A stretch of 64,000 nt of DNA from Sporopachydermia quercuum (taxonomy: Eukaryota), in NCBI GenBank assembly GCA_001599295.1, contig BCGN01000002.1, positions 1,178,001 to 1,242,000 on the forward strand, read 5' to 3'. The translations under genes and the position numbers were made by a program. Position 1 is the stretch's first letter. Each line of letters starts with the position of its first letter. Shown here piece by piece: positions 23,616-35,947 of this stretch. Below the pieces are notes generated by a model. The model was given only the letters and a program-made list of their open reading frames with translations, had not been told where the DNA came from and made no database searches.

Positions 23616-24330
23616 TGTGAATGATATATTTTAGTTGAGTAGTTTATGTGAATAGTTTGAAACAATTTGGTTGATTTCTCGGTATTGGATTTTCTGGTAA
23701 ATCTTAAATTTTGATTCTTAGTGTTGATGTTGATTTGAAATCAATAGTCGAGTACAAGACTGGATGATCTTTTCAATAACAGTATAAATAGTTCAAAAAA
23801 AGATACTCAATTCCCGTTTCGGTTTCTCAAACCAAATAGCTCCTGCATTTATATTACGATACCGTTTGATTCTTCTAGCGATCAAAGCGAAACTATCAAA
23901 TCAGTGCTGTTGCTATTTTGATATTTTATATACAAGTAGGCCTAGTTCATCTCTTGGTGGACGATTCTTCATTCATCCAATCTTTACACTGAAAAATTTG
24001 GAGCTTGAAAAGTAACAAATGCATATGTGTGGAAGATGTATAGGTGCATAAGATACATACATGAGATCTTTTTCTCTTGTGCGCTCCTTAGAGGGTGTGT
24101 AGGGAGACTTTTCTTATTTTGCTTCTTTTGTCACACAAAAAAGTGTCTCGGTAGCCATGAAAATAGATGATAGAATATATGATAGTTAGAGGCAATATAT
24201 TGATTGATTAACTTTATGTTCATTTGCACTTGTTGTGATTGTTGCTTGGATCCGCTACTATCTAATTCTGTAGTTTAGGAGGTTTCAGCAATACTACCGT
24301 AGCAAATTGTTGAATACTAGGATTACAGCA

Positions 24331-25029
24331 ATGGCTTCGTTCAGATTTTGCTTAGAATGGTATGAACAACTTATTTGGATTTACTGAAATGATTTGAGAT
24401 AGTGTCTCAGGATTTGGATATTATGTTTTGAGGATGTTTAATACCATTATGATACTAATATTGTGACTTTTTTGTAGCAACAATATGTTGTATCCTCGCG
24501 AAGATAAGGATAGTAGGAGATTGTTGTTTCAATGTCGAAACTGTGACTATACAGAAATTGCTGATAGTCCTTTGATTTATAGGAATGAGATTATTACAGA
24601 TATAGAGTATGCTTGGCGGAGGGATTAAGATTTTGTTGTGGAGTTATTATTTTGGCCACTTGAAGTTCCTAGTTTGATGACTTTTACTAATACTTCATAG
24701 ACAATCTGCCGGTAATACACAAGATATTGGAAAAGACCCCACATTGGTAAGAAACTATGTTTTGTTTGGTTGGTTGGTCTTGATAACGAAAAATGTCATT
24801 CAAACAAGTTACTAATATTGTTCAGCCAAGATCTAGCAAAGAATGTCCAACATGTGGTAGTCGTGACGCAGTTTTCTTTCAACCGCAGCAAAGAAGACCT
24901 GAAACACCAATGGTAAGTTTGACTTTAGAAGTTATCTACTATGGAAATTGATCTTGGGATCTAACGATAATTGATTTTGGATAGTCCTTATTTTATGTTT
25001 GTCTTCAATGTAATCAGCTGTTCCGGTAA
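24331..25029 (+). CDS. RPB9: RNA polymerase II subunit Rpb9. Five exons: 24331-24359, 24478-24606, 24701-24746, 24826-24912, 24985-25029
   Basis: Not in ORF track. [20 protein letters not shown]...CRNCDY...[28 protein letters not shown]...LFYVCLQC, two zinc ribbons. Four introns with CTAAY branch points. Confidence 0.96.
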
Positions 25030-27452
25030 CTTGAAACATGATATATCCATAAGTGACCAATAGAACTTAGGGTATGAACTCCGTTCATACACCAAAATTC
25101 ACCCAACAATTTAGTGAGCTAAGGAGTCGAGTTGAATTTTTTATTTGTACTATAGAGCTCTGGAAAACAGGATTTATTTTATTGTGTTTCTTGGAAATTA
25201 GCATGATATTGCTGATACATCTTGAGTAGGATAGAACTCTGAATGAAAGACAGGTTCTCGTAAATTCTACCAATGGTAATAATCAAAAGACTTGAAGCAA
25301 TCTTGATCTGTTAGATTTCTTTATATGAGAATAATGTTAACATTTTGACATCATAACTAAGAGAGAGGTATAACTGAACCCAATGTTAGGATAGAAATAG
25401 CTGCGACCATTATTTGCAACTCCCCTGTTACTCAACATTATCTCTAACTTATGATAGATATACTTAATTAATACCACAAGTGTTAAAAAGGGATGTTAAT
25501 CAATTTAGTTAGATTCAGGGTAATAATAATTATATCAGTGGTTAATCTCAGCACCAATCATTTGTCACTTCTTTTATTGTGTTAGATACCTGGGGTATCA
25601 CCTTATCAGTTCATACTTCGAACCCCAATATCTACAGAAGAATGACACCTCCTTTTTTTCCAATCTTTCTTTCAATCTAAAATGGTAAATGGATTGTCTG
25701 TTTCATTATTCTTCATTAGATAATATATATTATATCGCCAGGCATGGTTACCTCGACTCAGAAGCCTCCAAGATGAGATTTGATGTTAGGATAGTCCAAG
25801 AGCTTTCCTAGTTGATTACGTTATATATAATTCATCTATACGCCTGAACGAAAAGCTTAATTTGTCACGTAAATAAAGTTATATCATATCCACACAGCAT
25901 GAGAGACTGGTGAATAAACCTGCTAAGTAAATAATCAAACAGATAGTGAACCTTACAAGAACCTTATGACTGCATAATGGTATTAGAGTATATATTTTCG
26001 TCACGTAACAGTTGTCTGTACATTTAGGAGATGGATATGCTGTAGTAAATCATATCACAAGAAACTTAGTCTTTTCGCGTTCCTTGCAAGGCAAGGAAAT
26101 CAATTAAAAGTTTTGACGAGGTGATAGAAATTGAAAATCGATAGAAGTACGAATGTATCAGGATAATAATATTCTGATATTCCCAAATGACGGGCCTAGC
26201 TCAATATTAATATCAATGGCTGTTTAGTGCGAAATCTACAACTAAACAGGGTCCTATTCCTGCAACTGAGAGGCTATTCTGATCTGCAGGTTTCCTGCAA
26301 CTTTAGAGATCGTCTACTTAAAGATTTTACGGCCCAGTCTTTCTTGAGAATCTATCTTAACCATTCCGTTCTGAAAAGGATGAAGAAAGAAATTGTATTA
26401 CTCAATTCGATATTTGAACCGGGTGAAAATTAAAACAGATGTGTTATTAGCTAGACTAGTAGTTTATTAACTCTCAGTTCCAAAAAAGCGACAATGATAG
26501 ATCACCATATTATATTACACACTAGTATGTAAAATCTTATCTATACATATTAATTCTCAATAGCTATTAGTGCTGTTAATCTGTAGACACATTTAGCTAT
26601 ATTTATATAAGGAATAATTTTCTATTATTTGAGTCGTAATCAAAGCCTTTACNGCCTTGTCAAGAATATTCAATTCAATACAATACTATAGCCCCTTAAT
26701 GTTTCAGAGTACTAAGTTCGCAAGAGCACCGTAAAAAGCTTTTATTATAAAACAGTGTACTTTCAAATTACATTCATTTCAAATTCAGCAATCAATTGGC
26801 CAATTCCATGCTTTCTTTTTCATCTCCTTTCGTTGAAACAAGCGTGTCTATTTCAAAGAAGATTCCTTGGTTTCTAGGGAACCGTAAACATGTAGAAATC
26901 TAATGCAGCTAATCCGCATACTCATGCAGTCTTTTCTAACTTAAAGGTTGTTTACATTTGCTTGGTTTATTTAGTATTCTTGACATTGTTCATTATACAT
27001 ATACTACAATACCAACTCCTAATTTTCTATTCTCTACATAGTGTAGAAGTAACTGAAAGATACTATCGATGTTTCATTTTGCTCAGCGGTTGTTCCAATT
27101 TGGTGCTATAATAGAACCAATTATCGTATATTCGATTGATTCTCCTTCTCAATTTGATTTCAATCACTTAATTGACAAACTAATAAAAGCATCGCGTCCA
27201 ACAGAACGCGGTATCATATTTCCCGAGCAGAGAATAAGAAAAGGGAAAAGTATCAAACATTTACTGTTTTCACCAGAAACTAAGGTGATTACTCGGCAGA
27301 CACGAGAATTGATTATCTTCTAATGTAGTTTTGATTTTTATTGTCCGCCCTTTCTTAAATGATCTGTTGAGAACAAATTACCGTGTTGAGGAAACCATAA
27401 TATAGACATTAAGACTACTATCGTTCCTAAGGAATAAGCTATTTAGTTCAAA

Positions 27453-30400
27453 ATGTCGAGTGTTACAGTGAAACCCATGAAACGTGAGTATAATAAAGAA
27501 TGATTTATGTTTTGATGAAACCTTAGTTTTTTGCTGAATATTAATTAACATGACTGAAAGTAAAAATTCTTTACACATTCGATGATAATCATGCTAGTAC
27601 GTGTTTGACGAGAACCCAAAACGTGGTAGATGTTCAAGTGGTCCATTCTCAAAATCAAATCAGCGTAGGGATTGTTGATTTGAAATCATGTATATTATCT
27701 GTATTAGCAGCAAGTCCTGAATTGGTGTCGTATCTTGATCAAGACTTTGCAGTTTATTCTCTGGATTATACTGAAGAGGATTTACCATTTGTTGGTCACG
27801 GATTACTGAGCTGGCTCATTCTAGATACTGAACGTCGTTATGAATATAGCAATGATGATCAGAATAAAAATACGCATGCATTACATCACTCTAGTGAATT
27901 GATCACTGGAAGAATATGTGCAAACATTTTTGCTATGATTAGATCGTCGTCTATAATGAATACAAGAGAAGCAGCAGAAACACTGGAAGTTAAACTGAGA
28001 TTTTCCAGAGTACCAAATTCTTCTCAAATGAGTCCAATGAAATCAATGCTTCTTTATCGAACGATTGCAACTATGATACCTGATTCACTTGATATGAATG
28101 TATGGAGACATTTCTTGAAATCGGAACCTTTTGTTCAAACATTAATTGATAGAATATCAGTACAGCATGAATTATCGTTGCCTTTGGATATGCAATATGA
28201 TAATCAATCTCAAACCGATAAACACCATACGCAATCACTTCAACCTAATGACGCTCATTCTGCATATGATAAATCTCATTTATCATCTAATACTAAATTT
28301 AATATTAATCTTCGTAGTCACGGTCATGAAAATCAAAACCATAGCCATAACCAGAATCAAACAGAGATTCACGAAAATCACCAGCATAAAATTAATAATC
28401 TTAACGATATCCAAAATCAAAATACTCCTCTTCAGTCTATGAGTAATGATTTTGATGCTATAGCTGATAATATTGGAAATAGCTCCCTAATGGAACATCT
28501 TAACGCACCAAGTATTACCGGACAAACTCCCTCTCATAACGTGCTAACTCCAGCTGATGCAGATGACAATTTGTTCTTATTAGATGATGAGTATTTCAAA
28601 AGGTATCTCGATTCACCTTCTTTACTAGAGGAGTCACTGGTACTGCCCCCTCTATTAAGTTTTGTGAAAGAGGAAACCCCTCAGGAAACTGTCAACGTTA
28701 AACCACAGGGTAAACGAACGAGAAAATCAAAAGCGAACTCATCAGATGACAAACTAACTAAGAAGTTTAACGAGAGAAAGCCAAGACAGGCACGAAAACG
28801 AAATAGCACTACTAAAAAGCAAGGTCTGAACGTCAGTTCTAATGAATCAGTAATACAATTCAAACCAGTTTCTGTTGCAAGCCCTTTAACTCAAGAGGAC
28901 CAGCGTTTATTTAATGAAGCTAAACTTTCCTCAGTCATCTTATCATCATCACCTGATATAAGACCTATGGAGAATTCTGACTCTACAGATATGAGAAGTA
29001 CCAATGATAGGAATAAGGCAGCAAGTAATACTAAACAGCCACGGAAGAAGGGCCCTAATCCTAATTCTACTTCTGGAGCTTTGAAAGACTCATTTGACAC
29101 AAAAGGGAAACAGAACGCGAAACAATTGGACAAATCTATTCCTTCTGTTGCTGGTTTATTTCTTCCAAAACACGTTTTAGAATCTCAATTCAGACCAACC
29201 AATATTGCCCAAAGCATTTACCTGGCAGATTATAAAGCTCAGCAAGAAGAACGAATGGAACGGGAACGAGAATTGAAAGAGCGAGAAGCAAAAGAATTAG
29301 ATCATACTAATAGTAAAAATAATGATATTGATGAAAGAAAACTCAAGCATGGCTCAAGTTCTGCACCGTTAGCATCTTCACCATCATTTTCAAACTTCAG
29401 TTCTTTGATCCATGATTCCAAAGCCCAATCAAAACCAGGAACACCTGTCTTAGGCTCGTTTACACTTCTTTCAGGAAACTTTAATGAATCGACAGGTTCT
29501 AAACCACGGATTGCATGTGAAAACTGTGGATCAACAAAATCTTCTTCTTGGAGGAAAAGAAAGGTCCCTGGCTACGAAGGCAAAAGCTATATTCTTTGCA
29601 GTTTATGTGGTAGGTTTCTTAGCTCGACAAAGATGTTACCCCCGGCAAATCTGCGAAGATTTGAGCCAGAACTTTCACAAAGCAAGAGGCAAAAATCTGA
29701 AGTTAGCTCGGACAATAACTTGGATCAACAAGATAGTACATCGAGAGCATACGAAGTTAGGACCAACAAAAAGTTACCTCGAACAGCTACAAGTTTATCT
29801 TTCAGTGCTAGTAGTCCAATAGCAAATGATTTATCGGTAAAAGAAGGAAGAAGGCTCAGTTTTAATGGTGTTAGCTCAAAATATAAGATGCAGGATCAAA
29901 TGGATGTAATGTCACCGCTTGTTGCTCAGAACATGGATCACGCGTTTACAGATCCTTTAGTTATTGATTCGGAAGGATATGAAGATAATAAAGAGAATAT
30001 TGCTCCAAAACGATTGCCTGTACCATCAATTGTTTCAGTTGCCTGTCAAACAACTTTAGAAAGGTCCAGAACAAGATATGAAGCAGAAGGTATTAAATTT
30101 AAGAGTTATGCTGATTTGGATTTTCTTCCTTCTCGTGACAGTGAGAAAAATGTTGCAACGTTCGTTGGAAATCAATCAAATTGTCAAATCAATAAAGAAA
30201 AAGTTGACCCTCAGTCAAAGATCAGTGAGAATTCCGATGACCATTGCTCTAGTAACGCTGCAACTAGCAACTCTAAAACAACCACCTCTGTAAGTACTCC
30301 TGAAGAAAAGNTCCATGATTCTTCAAAGTCGTCTAATTTTAGATCTGAACAAAAAAATAATCAACAGAAGCAAAAAGAGGACGTACAAGATATGCAATAT

Positions 30401-31111
30401 TCCACTGATGCGAAGACCCCGTTAGATCGTAATAATCAAGTAAAGGAACAATCAACAAAGGATTTATCAGAATCACCTCAAAAATGGATAAAAGGTTTAT
30501 TTGAGGATCATGAAAATGAGAACGATCTGGGCAGGCAAAGTTCGAATACAAAGAATACTTTGAAAAGATCTACAACGATCTCTTTCTACAACAATGGAGA
30601 GGCTAATGTCAATTTATTGGTGCCTCCTTCATCACCACCTCAACCAAACAATACTTTCTGCGATGGTGACTCACAGATCTTAAGAAATGTTGCTGATATA
30701 GATGATCAAGAAATTTTACAAAGTGATGATGAGGATACTATGAGTACTGCTACCGAGGAAGTTGCAAACAGTAAGCATCTTGAGAATGACCATGACAACG
30801 AAAATGATCATGAAATCATCAAAGAGAATGATATTGATAATCAAAAGGAAAACTATTCTTCAATTGGTTTAACATCGCATGCTGATACTATCAGTGATGA
30901 TCTGATGACAAACGAGTTTTGGACAGACGTAACTAAATCCCCAATCTCACAGAAGATTGCTTCTAAAGGCTCACAATTGAATGTCATTCCGATACATCAA
31001 GATGAACTTGATATGAAGCTAGGTATCAATGTAAATATGAACATGAATTTAGGAATGGATATATTGCAATACCTAAACAATGAGAATGATGAAAGAAAAC
31101 CTGGCAAATGA
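27453..31111 (+). CDS. SPT21: Ams2/Spt21-family histone-gene transcription factor with GATA-type finger. Exons 27453-27483, 27561-31111
   Basis: Spliced N-terminus MSSVTVKPMKLKILYTFD...CL...SPEL...DFAVYSLDYTEEDLPFVGHGLLS matches the Ams2/Spt21 N domain. CENC...WRK...LCSLCG finger; DNKENIAP KEN box. Confidence 0.85.
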
Positions 31112-31674
31112 GCATCAATTGGAAAAAGAATGGGTTGTATATTATGAACTTAAGCGAATATGTTATTGTAATGATCACTTTGCTTGTATTTCTTTTAAAG
31201 TCAAATGATGACTTTCTTCTTTTTCGATAGCATTGTATGTACTTTATTGCATTAAGATTTTTAAATAATTTAATATAATGATCAATTAATTTTCTTAATT
31301 ATATATGGCTCCGATAGTAGAAATATATCTATCTGTCTCGCTAATGATAAGACTTCTTGCCAAAATAAAGAAGTGCCTTTTAAGATAGTATAATCATTAA
31401 TGTTGCAAGTTTGCCCAAGTCTGTTCCGTAATTGGCCTATTGATTTTTGGTTATGTAATCTTTTAGTAATATTGGCATTTTTAGTTGTGTACTTTGGCGA
31501 CAGGAACTGTGAAGACCAATCTTTTATACCCTCTTATGTGCTCCACAACTTTGTAAGGTGTATGAAGTGAAGAAACTCATTCGGTGANTAGTTTAAGCAA
31601 ACGTATGATAGTCTGGGAGCGGCAAAATTCTTATCGGAATTGATTGCTTTATCGTGAAAGTGGCGGTCCCTACA

Positions 31675-32076
31675 ATGATTTTGGATATCTGTACAAGTAA
31701 AGGAAATAATGAAGAGGGGAAGAGTAATGAGCTAACTGCAGCATTGCTTACATCAGATGGACAACTTATATTTGTCTCAAAGAATGGTGAGACGATTGAC
31801 GAGTCCGAATTGCCTTCAAATTTAATCGAAACAAGCAAATTATTCAATAATATTAGTTCTATTACTGGCAATTTGAAATTGGGATCATTACAAAAAGTGA
31901 TCTTGGAGACAAACGGAGAGGACATCAATTATGTGGTACAACAGAACTTGGTATTGCCTGTAACAAATCTTACCTCTGCTGAAGTCAACGTAATCTCTAC
32001 CGTTACTGGTGGTAGATCGGTAGAAATAGAAGATGTCTTGGTTTGCAGTTCTAATGTTTCGGTACTTGGTTCATAG
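31675..32076 (+). CDS. Small protein with possible Roadblock/LAMTOR-like fold
   Basis: 133-codon ORF from ATG 31675. The pattern AALLTSDGQLI - helix - LKLGSLQKVILE - YVVQQN resembles Roadblock proteins. Fold call is by eye. Confidence 0.5.
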   Translation: MILDICTSKGNNEEGKSNELTAALLTSDGQLIFVSKNGETIDESELPSNLIETSKLFNNISSITGNLKLGSLQKVILETNGEDINYVVQQNLVLPVTNLTSAEVNVISTVTGGRSVEIEDVLVCSSNVSVLGS

Positions 32077-32865
32077 TATCGGCTATGCATCATTGTTTAC
32101 GCTATTGTCTTCTTAAGCATACCAACGTATCTTATGATATGAATCTCTCATCAATCGTTTACGACCTCAAGTCAATTCTTTTGTTAATAGGACGTTAACT
32201 CACAATTCAACATCCTGATAACCAACTTTCCTAACAAAAATGATTATTCATTCCTTCGTAACCATCATTATCACTAATAGTCACTTCTCATGAACAAACA
32301 CAGATTGCTCTGATGATGTGTCCCATATCAGGGTTACAGAATCCAACTGTCCTATTTCACGTATAACCTTACAAACTCAATATCATACTGTACACCAAAA
32401 TGCAAGAGCAAAACACGTACATTGCGGAAATGGCAACTCATATGAAAAGGTTGAAATGTGGATCATTTGAGTTGCAATTTGCGCAATGTACATTACAACC
32501 TTTTCATTTGATTGTTCTCTCGGGAATATTGAATGAAACATTTTATTTTTTTTTCACAACAAACCGTTGAAGAATTAACAAAAATAGGATTGAAGAGTAT
32601 TAATTGATTACAAAGGTTAAGTTTTGGACTGCCAGTTTCATCTCTTTCCTATTCAGCGTTGTCAGTGCTAGCTTTCTTCTACTTTGTCTGTTTCAAGTTA
32701 ACTGGCACTCATTAATTAAGTGTCTGGAGATATGTCAATAGAATAGTTTACAGGCGGGCAACAAAAAATATTCTTTTGTTCTAACAACTATTCAATGAGA
32801 GCGTTTTTTCTTTGTTAATAACACATTCTTCAAGGCTGCTACATTAATAATAATTACATATAACT

Positions 32866-33852
32866 ATGGCGGGCTTAATTACTTGCCTTGGGGTCATCCT
32901 GCTAATAGGTCTTGCCGCTATATACGCATTTGTATTAATATTTTCTCATTCTCCTCGACCACCATTACCTTCAGAGATTTTGTATTTGACAAAGGATGGA
33001 AAGAATCTTGAGTTACCATTGATACATGAAGCAGTTAATGAAGAGAAAGAACTGACGGTTGTGATTCCATGTTTCAACGAAGCTGAAAGATTACCAATAA
33101 TGCTGGAGGAAACTATTACATTTTTGCAGAGCAAATATACTAAATCAACACAATGGGATATTTTAATTGTGGATGATGAGTCCCACGACAATACTGCTGA
33201 GCTTGCGTTGGAATTGGGAGAAAAATTCGGTGTTAAATCATGTCAGTTGAAAGTGTGTAAACTGGTGAGGAACAGGGGAAAAGGTGGTGCTGTGATTCAT
33301 GGTATGAAACATTGTGACAGTAAATATATAGTATTTGCTGATGCAGATGGGGCATCAAAATTTTCAGATATTGATAAATTGCTGGATGCTTTACAAGAAT
33401 TAGAGGATCAAGGAAATACTGGCAGAAAACCTGCTGTGGCTATTGGATCAAGGGCGCATATGGTCAAATCAGAAGCTGTTGTTAAGAGATCGATGGTTAG
33501 AAATTTCTTAATGTATGGTCTGCATACTCTCGTTTATGTTTTTGGTATCAAAACAATTGGAGATACTCAATGTGGCTTCAAATTATTCAATCATGAAGCT
33601 GCAGAACTGATAATTCCATTCTTGCATACTGAAGGATGGATATTCGATGTGGAAGTGCTATTAGTGGCTAATTTAAAATCAATACCAATTGCTGAAATAC
33701 CAATTTCATGGCATGAAGTGGCAGGATCAAAAATTGATCTGGCAAAAGATAGTATAAAAATGGCTATAGATCTGGTTGTTATTCGGTTAGCATATTTGAT
33801 TGGTATTTATGATGCATTTAAAGTAACAAATGGGAAGCCTAAAAAGTTATAA
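32866..33852 (+). CDS. ALG5: Dolichyl-phosphate beta-glucosyltransferase
   Basis: N-terminal TM; VVIPCFNEAERL, NRGKGGAV, FADADGASKF, DTQCGFKLF, WIFDVEVL. Confidence 0.97.
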   Translation: MAGLITCLGVILLIGLAAIYAFVLIFSHSPRPPLPSEILYLTKDGKNLELPLIHEAVNEEKELTVVIPCFNEAERLPIMLEETITFLQSKYTKSTQWDILIVDDESHDNTAELALELGEKFGVKSCQLKVCKLVRNRGKGGAVIHGMKHCDSKYIVFADADGASKFSDIDKLLDALQELEDQGNTGRKPAVAIGSRAHMVKSEAVVKRSMVRNFLMYGLHTLVYVFGIKTIGDTQCGFKLFNHEAAELIIPFLHTEGWIFDVEVLLVANLKSIPIAEIPISWHEVAGSKIDLAKDSIKMAIDLVVIRLAYLIGIYDAFKVTNGKPKKL

Positions 33853-34027
33853 CTGATGGACCCGTAATTATTCAAATAAACATATAATATATCTTTAAGA
33901 TAGAATAAATANAAGAGAAGAAAACTATTAAATATTCAATGACTGTACATTTTTAATAGATATTGTATGCATATATGTAGTTATAGATAGTGTTATTATT
34001 AACATATCACCTAAGATGAGAATAGGA

Positions 34028-35947
34028 TTAGCCACTCATTTTATCAACTTCCCGTATTAGTAAACGGGTATTATCTAACAATAGTTTGACGAGCTCTTCA
34101 AACAATGAAGGAGCGTCAGGCACCCCACTTTCACTGTCATTGAAAGCCTTTAATAAAGGCTCTGTATCAACTTCGATTTCAGATTCATGTTTGAATATCT
34201 CGTGTTTCCTGTTATCAGTTTTTCTTTGGATACCTTGAACAACTTTTGTCAAGTCGAACCTACAACTTGTCCCCGGATGTATGTAAGAGGTTCTTTGCTT
34301 CTCTCTCCTGGAAATAGGTCTTTGTTTATCATTATCTAAACCTAATCTAGTGAAATTAACAGGCACTTCTACCGATAAAGTAATTCTGTAATCAAATCCT
34401 GACATTGGATTGTAAATAAGTAACGATCCGATTCTTTTTTTTTCAATACAAGCTACTATTCTTCCTGTCTCAATATCTTTGGTTCTTCTTACTTCCCTAA
34501 TTGGTTCGTTTCTTTCAGCAATGGTGAAAACTTCATCAACATGTGTATACTTTTCTTTCCTCATTGGCCTATAATTAGACGCATTCGATTTCTTGCCTTT
34601 TTCTTCTAAAAACCTTCTGTTCAAAAAATAATCTAATGAATTGAACAAACGATGATCTGGTATTTGGGAGTCAAACTTATATTCATTGAAGCATTGAGGT
34701 GCTAAGACGGATTCCGTAAGAACTGGGATTCTACACCTTAGTGCAGATTCTTTTTCGAGTATTAGTCCAAGTTTTGACTCGATTTCTATTTTATCTCTTT
34801 CTTCAGGTGCGACATCACGAATATTAGCATAGATCCATCCTGTGACTTGTCGTGTTAAATCCTCATGGGGAACAAACCCCATTAGAGAGGGCATTAAACC
34901 TGATTGCATTTCGAAAAAACTTCCACCTTTGTGAGATCCATTAACATTCCCTCCAACACCGCCATTCTTTCCTCTCAATGATGGCGGAGTCCATTCTTGA
35001 GCCCAAATAGGAGGTTTCTTATACTTTCTTGGTTTACCTTTTCTATCAGTATAAAAGATACCCTTGGCTTTAGATGATCTCCTACTACTAGGTTTAGCTG
35101 TATCATTTGAGCTATTTCCACTATTTTGAGTGCTGCGTTTTCCGTTCTGCTCATCCTTTTGGTTGCTTTTTATCACAGATTTGGGTGATGCTTCTAAATT
35201 ATCCAACAATTTATTAGATGGATCTTGTGCTTCTGTTTGCATTGGCTTTGATAATGGTGAAGTAGACTGCCTGATATTTGATGATTCAGTTAGTTTTTTC
35301 GGAGTTGAGCTGTTTGTTTGATCAGATTTTCGTTCCTCTGCAAGTATGATATCCTTTTCAGTCTCAGGCTCGTATTTGGCAGAAGACCCACGTAAATCAA
35401 TCTGTTCAATTGACTCTTTGCTTGAATCTTTACTTGAATCTTCATGTTTCTCTTTGATTGCGGGATCGTTCACGGATGATGAAGAGCTATGAATATTTGG
35501 ACGCTTAAAAACAGAAGGTGACCTAACATGACTATGAATGTCGATATCATCATCATTAGTCAATGTATCAATTCCAATGCTACCTGTCCGATGATTTTTT
35601 GTTGAACTACTATACGGTGTTGTTGATGAGCTTCTGTTGTTGACCTGTGGTGTCTGGGGAATAGGTGCTGTATTTAAATAGGAGTCATTATTATAAGAAA
35701 CTGAGTTATCACTTGTCAACATGTCATTTATGCTGATTGAATGCCCTCTTGTTGGTAATGAACGAAAACTAGAAGAAATAGGTGCAGTGTTGGATATTAT
35801 TGGTTCTGAATTTATATTCAGTAGTTTAGGTTTCTCAGCATCAGATAAAATCTTTGATTGCACTGGTGATGGAAATTGTGATACAGGAACCTTTGGAGGT
35901 CCCTTATTATCATTATCATCATTACTGACTAACGAATGCACATCCAT
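34028..35947 (-). CDS. CET1: mRNA capping RNA 5'-triphosphatase (CYTH/tunnel family)
   Basis: PPIWAQEW (Ceg1-binding WAQ motif), IEIESKLG, KKRIGSLLIYNP..FDYRITLSVEVP, RREKQRTSY, FDLTKV, HESEIEVD. Confidence 0.95.
   Translation of the reverse strand: MDVHSLVSNDDNDNKGPPKVPVSQFPSPVQSKILSDAEKPKLLNINSEPIISNTAPISSSFRSLPTRGHSISINDMLTSDNSVSYNNDSYLNTAPIPQTPQVNNRSSSTTPYSSSTKNHRTGSIGIDTLTNDDDIDIHSHVRSPSVFKRPNIHSSSSSVNDPAIKEKHEDSSKDSSKESIEQIDLRGSSAKYEPETEKDIILAEERKSDQTNSSTPKKLTESSNIRQSTSPLSKPMQTEAQDPSNKLLDNLEASPKSVIKSNQKDEQNGKRSTQNSGNSSNDTAKPSSRRSSKAKGIFYTDRKGKPRKYKKPPIWAQEWTPPSLRGKNGGVGGNVNGSHKGGSFFEMQSGLMPSLMGFVPHEDLTRQVTGWIYANIRDVAPEERDKIEIESKLGLILEKESALRCRIPVLTESVLAPQCFNEYKFDSQIPDHRLFNSLDYFLNRRFLEEKGKKSNASNYRPMRKEKYTHVDEVFTIAERNEPIREVRRTKDIETGRIVACIEKKRIGSLLIYNPMSGFDYRITLSVEVPVNFTRLGLDNDKQRPISRREKQRTSYIHPGTSCRFDLTKVVQGIQRKTDNRKHEIFKHESEIEVDTEPLLKAFNDSESGVPDAPSLFEELVKLLLDNTRLLIREVDKMSG

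Noticed and set aside
25590..25660. GGTTCGA-like B-box on the minus strand suggesting a tRNA
   Set aside because: I could not build a cloverleaf, acceptor stem or A-box around it.
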